Assembly: GCA_036788335.1 (NCBI GenBank)
Contig: DAIQNP010000001.1
Location: 1 to 44,985 of the forward strand
DNA: 44,985 nt
Source: Erythrobacter sp.
GTDB taxonomy: Bacteria; Pseudomonadota; Alphaproteobacteria; Sphingomonadales; Sphingomonadaceae
Reading direction: 5' to 3'
Shown here: positions 29,099 through 39,176 of the stretch, one piece after another
Position numbering within the stretch: the first letter of the stretch is position 1
How the letters are laid out: every line of letters begins with the position of its first letter
The notes under the pieces: model-generated
The model's database searches: none
What the model saw: only the letters and a program-made list of their open reading frames with translations
Told to the model about the DNA's origin: nothing
Program-made: the position numbers and the translations under genes

Positions 29099-30037
29099 AT
29101 GGCCACGATCGAAACCCTCGAACCCGACTACGCGACCCTGCCAGACATGGCTGGCGATGTCTTCACCGCGCCACTGGCGCGGCCCGCGCATCTGGGCGAG
29201 GACTGGCTCGAGCCGCAGCAGACCACCTACACCGCCGAGGATCATGCCGTGTGGGACGACCTGTTCGCGCGTCAGATGGAGGTGCTGCCGGGCCGGGCCT
29301 GTTCGGCGTTCCTCGCCGGTCTGAAGAAACTTGATCTCGGGCGTGGCGGGGTCCCTGACTTCGGCGTGCTGTCCGAAGAATTGGGCGCGCTGACCGGGTG
29401 GAGCGTGGTGCCGGTGCCGATGCTGATCCCCGATCACGTGTTCTTCTGGCATCTCGCCAACCGCCGCTTTCCTGCCGGCAATTTCATCCGCACGCGCGCA
29501 ACCTTCGATTATATCGAGGAACCCGACGTGTTCCACGACGTGTTCGGCCACGTCCCGATGCTGACCGATCCGGTCTATGCCGATTACATGCAGGAATATG
29601 GCCGCGCCGGGTGGAAGGCGATGCGGTACAATCGGCTGAAAGCCTTGGGCGCGCTCTACTGGTACACGGTCGAATTCGGGCTGATCGAGGAACCGGAAGG
29701 CATCAAAGCTTATGGCGCAGGCATCCTGTCAGGCCCTGCAGAAGCACGCTTCGCGGTCGAGGCGCGCAGCCCTAACCGGATCATGCTTAATGTCGACCGG
29801 GTGATGCGCACCGACTACGTGATCAGCGATCTGCAACCGACCTATTTCGTGATCCCGAGTTTCGAGGATCTGTACCGCCAGACGGTCGAGCGCGACTTCG
29901 ACCGGCTGTATCGCAATCTTCCGGCAGGCTTCACCTACGCCAATTCGGCGGTCATCGATGTCGATCATGTGCTGCACCGGGGAACGCAGGAATACCACCT
30001 GCGCGGCGGACGCGGCAGCGGGGCGGTTCCGGTCTAG
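29099..30037 (+). CDS. phhA: Phenylalanine 4-monooxygenase
   Basis: EEPDVFHDVFGHVPML, YWYTVEFGL, AYGAGILS. Confidence 0.94.
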   Translation: MATIETLEPDYATLPDMAGDVFTAPLARPAHLGEDWLEPQQTTYTAEDHAVWDDLFARQMEVLPGRACSAFLAGLKKLDLGRGGVPDFGVLSEELGALTGWSVVPVPMLIPDHVFFWHLANRRFPAGNFIRTRATFDYIEEPDVFHDVFGHVPMLTDPVYADYMQEYGRAGWKAMRYNRLKALGALYWYTVEFGLIEEPEGIKAYGAGILSGPAEARFAVEARSPNRIMLNVDRVMRTDYVISDLQPTYFVIPSFEDLYRQTVERDFDRLYRNLPAGFTYANSAVIDVDHVLHRGTQEYHLRGGRGSGAVPV

Positions 30038-30315
30038 GCCTCTGCCGTGGCGCGGTGCCGGAACACCGCGTGGTACAGCACCAGCGTGACTATGGTTGCG
30101 GCAACCGCAACCCCGAGCCCGAAAAATGACAACCCGCCCAGTGCCGTACCATCATTGGCAATCACACCGGCGATCATCGCCACGGCAGCTCCGGCAGCGA
30201 TCTGGCGCAGAATCTGGCCCGGCTCTTCCGTGCGCGCAAGGATCGACGCCAGCCAGCCCAGCGTCGCACCCATCACGATCAGCACCAGTAACGCCATGTT
30301 CGAAATCAACTCCAC
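30034..30315 (-). CDS. Small membrane protein, GlsB/YeaQ/YmgE-like stress-response family
   Basis: Three hydrophobic segments, GATLGWLASIL; EcfG-type promoter upstream; start uncertain. Confidence 0.6.
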   Translation of the reverse strand: MELISNMALLVLIVMGATLGWLASILARTEEPGQILRQIAAGAAVAMIAGVIANDGTALGGLSFFGLGVAVAATIVTLVLYHAVFRHRATAEA

Positions 30316-30350
30316 AGGTGCAGCCTACCGCCACCCCGACTCAGGTCCAG

Positions 30351-30375
30351 AACCGCCGCAGGCGCTAACGGTTCC
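30351..30375 (-). promoter_or_regulatory. EcfG (general stress sigma) type promoter
   Basis: Minus strand GGAAC-N17-GTT about 35 nt upstream of the small membrane protein start. Confidence 0.55.
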
Positions 30376-30394
30376 TGACCCGCGAGGCCTCACA

Positions 30395-31189
30395 TCAGAA
30401 GAAGATCAGCAGCGCGCAGCCCATTGCGATCCGGTACAGCACGAACACCAGCATCGAGGCGCGTTGCAGGAACTGCATCAGGAAGGCCATGGTCGCAAAG
30501 GCGGCGACAAAGGTCATCACCCCTGCAACCAATGCATCGATCTGCATCTGCGCGCTGGCTTCGGCCAGATCGAGCACCGCGAGCAGCCCTGCTCCGGTCA
30601 CCGCCGGGATCGCCAGCAGGAAGGAAAACCGCGCCGCTTCGACCCGGCTGTACCCCAACGCGCGGGCCGCCGTCATGGTCGCGCCCGAACGGCTGGTGCC
30701 GGGGATCAGCGCCATTGCCTGCGCAATCCCGACCAGGATGGCATCGCGCAGGGTCAGGTCCTCGAACCGCCGTTCCTGCCGCCCGAACCGGTCCGCAAGG
30801 CCCAGCAGCACGCCGAAAACAATCAAGTTGGTCGCCACCAGGTCGGTGGAGCGAAACCCATCGAGATAGCCGCCCAATTTGAGGAACAGCCCTGCCGCCA
30901 CCGCCGGGATGGTGCCGACCACCACCCACATGAACAGCCGCCGCTGGAGCGGATCGTCGCCCAGACCGACCGTCGCGAACCCGCCACGCGCAAGCCCCAG
31001 CACATCGCGCCAGAAATAGATGATGATCGCCATCAGCGAACCGACATGGACCGCGACGTCGATCATCGGGCCCTGATCGGGAAAATCGGTCAGGAACGGG
31101 ATCAGGATCAGGTGCCCGGAGGACGAAATCGGCAGGAATTCGGTGATTCCCTGCACGACGGCGATGAGCAGCAGCTGGAGAAATGTCAT
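30395..31189 (-). CDS. uppP: Undecaprenyl-diphosphate phosphatase
   Basis: QGITEFLPISSSGHL, PGTSRSGAT, AARFSFLL. Confidence 0.95.
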   Translation of the reverse strand: MTFLQLLLIAVVQGITEFLPISSSGHLILIPFLTDFPDQGPMIDVAVHVGSLMAIIIYFWRDVLGLARGGFATVGLGDDPLQRRLFMWVVVGTIPAVAAGLFLKLGGYLDGFRSTDLVATNLIVFGVLLGLADRFGRQERRFEDLTLRDAILVGIAQAMALIPGTSRSGATMTAARALGYSRVEAARFSFLLAIPAVTGAGLLAVLDLAEASAQMQIDALVAGVMTFVAAFATMAFLMQFLQRASMLVFVLYRIAMGCALLIFF

Positions 31190-31244
31190 GGCCTGCGCTC
31201 CATGGCAGGGGCGCAGGCCAAGTCAATCGGCTTGGGTCTGGCGG

Positions 31245-33434
31245 TCACCAGATCCGCACACGCTCCTCGGGCGGCAGGTAGAGTGCATCGCCGGGTTCGA
31301 CACCGAAGGCTTCGTACCATTCGTCGATATTGCGCACGACGCCGTTGACCCGGTATTCTTCCGGGCTGTGGCTGTCGGTGCGCAGCCGGTTGCGGTAATT
31401 CTCCTCGCGCTGCGCCGAACGCCACACCTGCGCCCAGGCGAGGAAGAACCGCTGGTCGCCGGTCAGACCGTCGATCACCGGAAGGTCCTGCCCCTTGGTG
31501 GCGATCTTGTAGGCGCGCCAGGCGAGGCTCAGCCCGCCGACATCGCCGATATTCTCGCCCAGCGTCAGCCGCCCGTTGACGCAGGTGGTGCCGTCGTCGA
31601 GCGGGCAGAAGGCGTCGTACTGCGCCACCAGCGCATTGCCGAGCGCGTCGAACGCCTTGCGGTCCTCGTCGGTCCACCAGTTGCGCAGCGCGCCGGTGGC
31701 GTCGGACTTGGACCCCTGATCGTCGAAGCCGTGGCCGATCTCGTGTCCGATCACCCCGCCGATCGCGCCGTAATTGACCGCGATGTCGTTGGAGAGCGCG
31801 AAGAACGGCTGTTGCAGGATGCCGGCCGGGAACACGATCTCGTTCTTGGTCGAGTTGTAATAGGCATTGACCGTCTGGGGCAGCATGAACCACTCGGTCC
31901 GGTCGATCGGCGCGCCGAGCTTGGCGACATTGTCGGCCCATTCCCACTTGGCAGAGGCCATGCGGTTGGCAATCGGATCGCCTGCCGCAATGGCGAGGCC
32001 GGGATAGGTTTCAAGGTTGTCGCGGTAGCCAATCTTGGGATCGAAGCTTTCCAGCTTGGCGCGCGCCTCGGTCTTGGTGGCGTCGCTCATCCAGTTGATT
32101 TCGGTGATCGATTCGCCCATCGCGATCCGCAGGTTGGCGACCAGCTCATCCATTGCCGCCTTGTTTTCCGGTGGGAAATAGCGCTCGACATAGGACTTGC
32201 CGATCAACTCGCCGAGCATACCCTCGGTCTCGCCGATCGCGCGTTTCCAGCGCGGGCGCTGTTCGGGTGTGCCGCGCAGCGCCTTGCCGTAGAAGGCGAA
32301 GCTGGCTGCGTCGAAGCGCTGCGGCAGGACCGCGGCGTGGGACGAGAGAAATTCCTTGACCATCCACGCCTTCAGCGTGTCAACCGAAGTTTCACCCAGC
32401 AGGTCGAACATCCCCGGCAGGCCTGAACCGATCTTGGCCAGCGTGGCCTCGTCGAGCCCGAGCGCGGCCACTTCCTCGTCGGTCGGCGGCATCAGGCTGA
32501 CGACATAGGTCGGGCTCTTATCAAGGCCCATTGCTGCCAGCATCGCAGTCGCCGGGACCTTGCCCGCCATCGCCGCCATCTCGTCGGCCGAGACGGTGTT
32601 GTAGGTCAGGTCGCGGTTGCGGCGCACCGCGCGGTCCCATGCCACGGTGCGGGCGATGGCATCTTCGAAGGCATAGATCGCATCGGCCTGCGCAGCGGCG
32701 TCGCTGTAGCCCGCCTCGCCCAGCAGGAAGGCGAGATAGGCCTTGTACTGCGCCTGGATCGCGCGGCCCTTCTCGCTTTCGTCGAGGTAGTAATCGCGGT
32801 CGGGCAGGCCCAGCCCGCCAAAGCCGATATAGGCGACGTGGCGGTCGGGCTGCTTGGCATCCACATTGACCCCGCCGCCGAGCGGGCTGGCGAAGCCGGG
32901 CTCGGCCCACAGCATCGCCAGTTCATCGAGGCTGGCGGCCCCCATGATCCGGTCCAGATAGGGCTGGGCCGGAGCCATCCCGGCCGCCTCGATTCCCTGC
33001 GTGTCGAGGTAAGAGCGATAGGCATCGACGATCCGGCGCTCATCGGCGCTGAGCGTGGCGGCATCCTTGGCCAGCAGGTCGTCCATCAGGGCCTTGACGT
33101 CCGAAGTGCTCTTCTCGCTGAGCAGTGTGAACGCGCCCAACCGGCTGAATTCGGCCGGCAGCAGGTTGGCGTCGATCCAGGGCTGGTTGACGTAGGCGTT
33201 GAAATCGTCGCCCGGTTTCACGTCCGTCGCCAGCAGTGCGGGATCGACGCCCCAGGTGCCGAAGCTCATGCTCGGGAGGGTGGGGGCAGCGGTGTCGGCG
33301 CTGTCGTCCAGCAGCAGCTCGATCCCGCCCGAATGGTCATGCGCATGGGCCTGCGCGTGGCCATCGGCCAGCGCGGGGGCAGAAAAGGCAAGGGCGGCAA
33401 GCCCTGCGCCAAGCAGGGCGGATGTGCGGATCAT
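31245..33434 (-). CDS. M13 family metallopeptidase (PepO/neprilysin-like), secreted
   Basis: Signal peptide, VNAYY, GHEIGHGFDD, GENIGD, HSPEEYRVNG. Confidence 0.95.
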   Translation of the reverse strand: MIRTSALLGAGLAALAFSAPALADGHAQAHAHDHSGGIELLLDDSADTAAPTLPSMSFGTWGVDPALLATDVKPGDDFNAYVNQPWIDANLLPAEFSRLGAFTLLSEKSTSDVKALMDDLLAKDAATLSADERRIVDAYRSYLDTQGIEAAGMAPAQPYLDRIMGAASLDELAMLWAEPGFASPLGGGVNVDAKQPDRHVAYIGFGGLGLPDRDYYLDESEKGRAIQAQYKAYLAFLLGEAGYSDAAAQADAIYAFEDAIARTVAWDRAVRRNRDLTYNTVSADEMAAMAGKVPATAMLAAMGLDKSPTYVVSLMPPTDEEVAALGLDEATLAKIGSGLPGMFDLLGETSVDTLKAWMVKEFLSSHAAVLPQRFDAASFAFYGKALRGTPEQRPRWKRAIGETEGMLGELIGKSYVERYFPPENKAAMDELVANLRIAMGESITEINWMSDATKTEARAKLESFDPKIGYRDNLETYPGLAIAAGDPIANRMASAKWEWADNVAKLGAPIDRTEWFMLPQTVNAYYNSTKNEIVFPAGILQQPFFALSNDIAVNYGAIGGVIGHEIGHGFDDQGSKSDATGALRNWWTDEDRKAFDALGNALVAQYDAFCPLDDGTTCVNGRLTLGENIGDVGGLSLAWRAYKIATKGQDLPVIDGLTGDQRFFLAWAQVWRSAQREENYRNRLRTDSHSPEEYRVNGVVRNIDEWYEAFGVEPGDALYLPPEERVRIW

Positions 33435-33579
33435 GTCTGTTTGTCCCTGAAATGCTGGAGTCAGCGTGATGCATGGAGAGGCCGAGGCAGCGTACTGCGC
33501 GTCAAATTAACGCAATATTGCGGGACTGGTCGCCCTTGGTCCGGTCAACCCGGTCTTTCGTCGAAAACGCGCGCCAGAC

Positions 33580-35454
<1,875 letters not shown>

Positions 35455-35539
35455 TATGCAGCGCGGTCTAGCGACGAAACGAAGCAATTTCACGTGCAAA
35501 ATGTGACCGGGCACCCCCGCGCCCCTGCGCAGGAATGCA

Positions 35540-35556
35540 ATTGTGCATTGCACAAT
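35540..35556. promoter_or_regulatory. Putative PhaR operator upstream of phaZ
   Basis: Perfect inverted repeat attgtgca-t-tgcacaat containing TGC-N3-GCA. Confidence 0.6.
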
Positions 35557-35636
35557 CGGCGCGCAGGGGCCATCTCCCTTCCCAGGCGCCCGCGTGAGAG
35601 GCCGCCGTTCCAGGTTCGATGCGGACGAGGTGTTCG

Positions 35637-36875
35637 ATGCTCTATTTTGTACATGAAATGCAGCGCAGCTGGCTGAACGGTGCCAGCGCAATGTCCGCGA
35701 TGGGGGCTGAAATCCTCTCGAACCCGAGCAATCCGCTGGGTTACAGCGGCTTTGCGCCTCTGGCTGCCAGTGCGCTCGACGTGTTCGCCCATGCCACCGC
35801 CAGCTATGACAAGCCTGCTTTCGGCCTGCACGAGATCGAGGTCGAAGGCACGCTCTATCCCGTCATCGAATCGACCGTGCTGCGCCGCCCCTTCGGCGAC
35901 CTGAAGCGCTTCCGGCTCGAAGGGCTGGGCAAGGACCGGCCACGCCTTCTGATCGTCGCGCCGATGAGCGGGCACTACGCCACGCTGCTGCGCGGTACGG
36001 TGGAACGGATGCTCGAAAGCTGTGAGGTGTTCATCACCGACTGGGCCGATGCCAAGCTGGTGCCGACCGACCAGGGCAGCTTCGATCTTGACGACTATAT
36101 CGATTACCTGATCGAATTCCTCGACCATATCACCGAACGGAACGAAGGCCGCCGCGCGCATATGATGGCGGTGTGCCAGCCGAGCGTCCCGGCCTTCGCT
36201 GCGACCGCGCTGATGAACCTGCACAAGTCGCCCGCGACCCCGCTGACGCTGACCATGATGGGCGGACCGATCGACACCCGCGAATGCCCGACGACGGTCA
36301 ACAACATGGCGATGCAGCGCCCGATCGAATGGTTTCGCCAGAGCGTGATCGCCACCGTCCCGTTCAAGTATCCGGGCGCGGGCCGCAGGGTCTATCCCGG
36401 CTTCATGCAGTTGTCGGCGTTCATGAGCATGAACCTGCGCAGCCACATGATGAGCCATTACGAGATGTACAAGCATCTCACCGCCGGCGACGAGGCGAGC
36501 GCGCAGGCGACCAAGGATTTCTACGACGAGTATCGCAGCGTGTGCGACATGACCGCCGAATTCTACCTCCAGACGGTGGAAGAGGTGTTCCAGAAGCACT
36601 CGATCCCCAAGGGCGAATTCCGCCACAAGGGTGAGCTGGTCGACATCACGCAGATCACCGACACCGCCCTGCTGGCGATCGAGGGTGAGCGCGACGATAT
36701 TTCTGGCATCGGCCAGACCAGGGGCGCGCTGAAGCTGACTCCCAACCTGCCCGATAAGCACAAGCGCTATTACATGGCCGAAGGTGCCGGGCATTACGGC
36801 ATCTTCAACGGCAGCCGCTGGCGCACCAAGGTCGCGCCGGTGGTTGAGGAATGGCTCGCCGCACATCCGGGCTGA
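35637..36875 (+). CDS. phaZ: Intracellular polyhydroxyalkanoate depolymerase (Cys-type)
   Basis: VAPMSGHYATLLRGT, ITDW, AVCQP, RRVYPGF, GHYGIFNGSRW; GAGG RBS. Confidence 0.94.
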   Translation: MLYFVHEMQRSWLNGASAMSAMGAEILSNPSNPLGYSGFAPLAASALDVFAHATASYDKPAFGLHEIEVEGTLYPVIESTVLRRPFGDLKRFRLEGLGKDRPRLLIVAPMSGHYATLLRGTVERMLESCEVFITDWADAKLVPTDQGSFDLDDYIDYLIEFLDHITERNEGRRAHMMAVCQPSVPAFAATALMNLHKSPATPLTLTMMGGPIDTRECPTTVNNMAMQRPIEWFRQSVIATVPFKYPGAGRRVYPGFMQLSAFMSMNLRSHMMSHYEMYKHLTAGDEASAQATKDFYDEYRSVCDMTAEFYLQTVEEVFQKHSIPKGEFRHKGELVDITQITDTALLAIEGERDDISGIGQTRGALKLTPNLPDKHKRYYMAEGAGHYGIFNGSRWRTKVAPVVEEWLAAHPG

Positions 36876-36888
36876 AGCCGTCGCCAGA

Positions 36889-37425
36889 TCAGCGCTGGAT
36901 CACATCGCCCGACATCGGGGCGAGCTTGGCGAGCAGCCGGTTCTGTGCCGCAAACGGCACGCCCGCCTCGCGCATCGCGGTTTGCAGGTTTTCGACCAGT
37001 GCGTTGAGGTCCGCCTTGGTCACGCCCATCTCGGCATGGGCGCTGCGCATGTCGCGTCCGGTGTAATCGCAACCCGCACCCAGCAAGTAGCAGAACTGTT
37101 CGTCCAGCGTGCGCTTCAATCGCACCATGTCATGCGCTTCGAAGATCGTGGCAATGCGCGGATCGGCCTCGCTCAGATCGACGGTGCGTGCAGCGATCCT
37201 GCGAATGCCCTCGCGCCCGCCGAAATCGGCCATCAGCCTGGCGCTGGCATAGGGCGCGGCCCCGGCATTGGCGTTGTCCTGCTGGTAAGGCTCGACCGGG
37301 AATTCGCCGGTTGCGGGATCGCGGACCTTCTCCTCCACCCCGAATTCGGCGTCCCAATCGGTGTCCGCGTCGGGGGCCTGTTGCAACAGGAGCATCAGCG
37401 CGGCGGCGGTGGTGGTTGCAATCAT
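36889..37425 (-). CDS. Group I truncated (2/2) hemoglobin with N-terminal extension
   Basis: FGGREGI, DPRIATIF, LLGAGCDYTGRDMRSAH (proximal His), FAAQNRLLAKLAPM. Confidence 0.85.
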   Translation of the reverse strand: MIATTTAAALMLLLQQAPDADTDWDAEFGVEEKVRDPATGEFPVEPYQQDNANAGAAPYASARLMADFGGREGIRRIAARTVDLSEADPRIATIFEAHDMVRLKRTLDEQFCYLLGAGCDYTGRDMRSAHAEMGVTKADLNALVENLQTAMREAGVPFAAQNRLLAKLAPMSGDVIQR

Positions 37426-37444
37426 CGGTAAGCTCCGCTTGACA

Positions 37445-38440
37445 TCAGAAGGCAAACTGCGCGGACAGGAACCCGCCGCGCTGGCCCGTGAAGGTGGCGA
37501 TCGATCCAAGATCGACATAGGCGGCGGTCAGCGTGACGTTGTCGCTCACGGCAAAGGCGGCGAACAGGTCCATCCAGTCGTCTTCGCCAAGACCGAGATT
37601 GTCGGGTTTGGTGCGGTACTCCGCCCCGACCACCGCCCGGCGCGACAACTGGTGCCCCAGCGATCCTTCGAATTGCAGCGCATGTCCCGCTCCCGCCGCG
37701 CTGCCGAAGCCGAGCAGGCCGAGCTCGTTCGCGGCGGTATAGCGGAGCGTCGCGCTGATTAGCAGGCTGCGCGCCAGCAACAGCTTGGTTGCGCTGAGCG
37801 TGTAGTCCGTGCCCGCACTTTCGTCCGCGCCCAGCGCGCGCACCACCGCACCGTCGCGGCTGCGCTTGTGTTCGATGCCGAGCGTGATCTGCGGCAACCA
37901 GGTTTCGCCATAGACGAGATCGCCCGCGATCCGCAGCTTGGCGCCGTAGGTCTCCAGATTGAAGGTGTAGCCCTGCCCCAGCCCCAGCAGCGCGCCCGCA
38001 TCGCGGGTGTCGAAATCGGCGCGGGCGAAGGACAGCTCCACCCGGTCGCCAAGGCCAATGGCCGCGCCGTAGGAGCGCCAGCCGAAATCGGGCAGTTCGA
38101 TCGCGGTCGCGTGGCCGGTCAGCCCGATCCCGCCTGGCACCTGCCGCCCGCCGATCGTCGCCCAGCTGGCGATCCCGCCGCCCGACGCGCCTTCGACCGT
38201 GGTGATTCCGTTGGTCAGCAGCAGCTTGCCGCCCTCGAGCAGCGCGAGCTTGCCCAGCCGCAAGCCGCCCTCGCCGGCGAACGCGCTGGACGGCTCGTCC
38301 AATGGCGCAGTGGCGCGCTCGGGCAGTCTTGCCTCAACGGGCGCTTTTCGCTTCACTGCCGACTGACCGACTTGCGGGTAGGCAGGGTCGACAGCGCTGA
38401 CCGGGCACAGCGCCAGCAGGCAAGGGGCAAGCAACGACAT
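37445..38440 (-). CDS. DUF3034 family protein (putative outer-membrane beta-barrel)
   Basis: GKLLLTNGITTVEGASGGGIASWA, DRVELSFAR, TDYTLSATK, GAEYRTKPDNL, AYVDLGSIA; C-terminal FLSAQFAF. Confidence 0.8.
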   Translation of the reverse strand: MSLLAPCLLALCPVSAVDPAYPQVGQSAVKRKAPVEARLPERATAPLDEPSSAFAGEGGLRLGKLALLEGGKLLLTNGITTVEGASGGGIASWATIGGRQVPGGIGLTGHATAIELPDFGWRSYGAAIGLGDRVELSFARADFDTRDAGALLGLGQGYTFNLETYGAKLRIAGDLVYGETWLPQITLGIEHKRSRDGAVVRALGADESAGTDYTLSATKLLLARSLLISATLRYTAANELGLLGFGSAAGAGHALQFEGSLGHQLSRRAVVGAEYRTKPDNLGLGEDDWMDLFAAFAVSDNVTLTAAYVDLGSIATFTGQRGGFLSAQFAF

Positions 38441-38531
38441 GACAGAGGGCGATAAGCGGCGAAGGTTTATTGCGGCTAAAGCATGCGGCGAGGGATTCTT
38501 AAGGTTCGCGCCCTAAGCCTGCGTCACCGAC

Positions 38532-39176
38532 ATGCCCGCTTTTGCACCCCCCCGACCGCTGCGCGCTTTCGCGCCGGCAGCCAGCGTCTGTGCCGCTTTG
38601 CTGGGCGGGGGCATGGCCGCCCAGGCGGAGGGCCAGACCAGCGTACGGGTGCAGATCGTCGATGCCGCCGGAATGCCCGTGCGCGATGCTGTGGTCGAAC
38701 TGCACGGCAGCCGCGCTGCGGCCGGCCCGATCCGTTTTCCCTGGAAGATGGGCATGGCGCAGAAAAACCAGCAATTCGTCCCTGGCACGCTGGTGGTGGC
38801 CAAGGGCAGCACGGTCGCATTCCCCAATCTCGACCAGGTGCGCCATTCGATCTACAGTTTCTCCAGGCCCGCACGCTTCGAAATCGAACTCTACGGCCGC
38901 GACCAGACCCGCACCCAGAGCTTCCCGATCACCGGCAGCGTCAAGCTGGGATGCAATATCCATGATCAGATGCGCGGCTATATCCGCGTCACAGACACGC
39001 CGTTCGCGGGCAAGACCGACCATAATGGCTATGTGACACTGGCCGGAATGGCGGCCGGCGGGGCCAGGCTCACCATCTGGCACCCGCAACTGCGCGCGCC
39101 CGGCAACGAGCAGACGTTGGCGTTCAGCGTCAGCGGCGCGGCGCAGGCGCACAAGGTGAAGGTCGCCTTGCGGTGA
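38532..39176 (+). CDS. Exported cupredoxin-domain protein (MauL/methylamine utilization protein-like annotation)
   Basis: Signal peptide, QFVP, VAFPNLDQVRHSIYS, GCNIHDQM type-1 copper motif, LTIWHP. Confidence 0.85.
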   Translation: MPAFAPPRPLRAFAPAASVCAALLGGGMAAQAEGQTSVRVQIVDAAGMPVRDAVVELHGSRAAAGPIRFPWKMGMAQKNQQFVPGTLVVAKGSTVAFPNLDQVRHSIYSFSRPARFEIELYGRDQTRTQSFPITGSVKLGCNIHDQMRGYIRVTDTPFAGKTDHNGYVTLAGMAAGGARLTIWHPQLRAPGNEQTLAFSVSGAAQAHKVKVALR

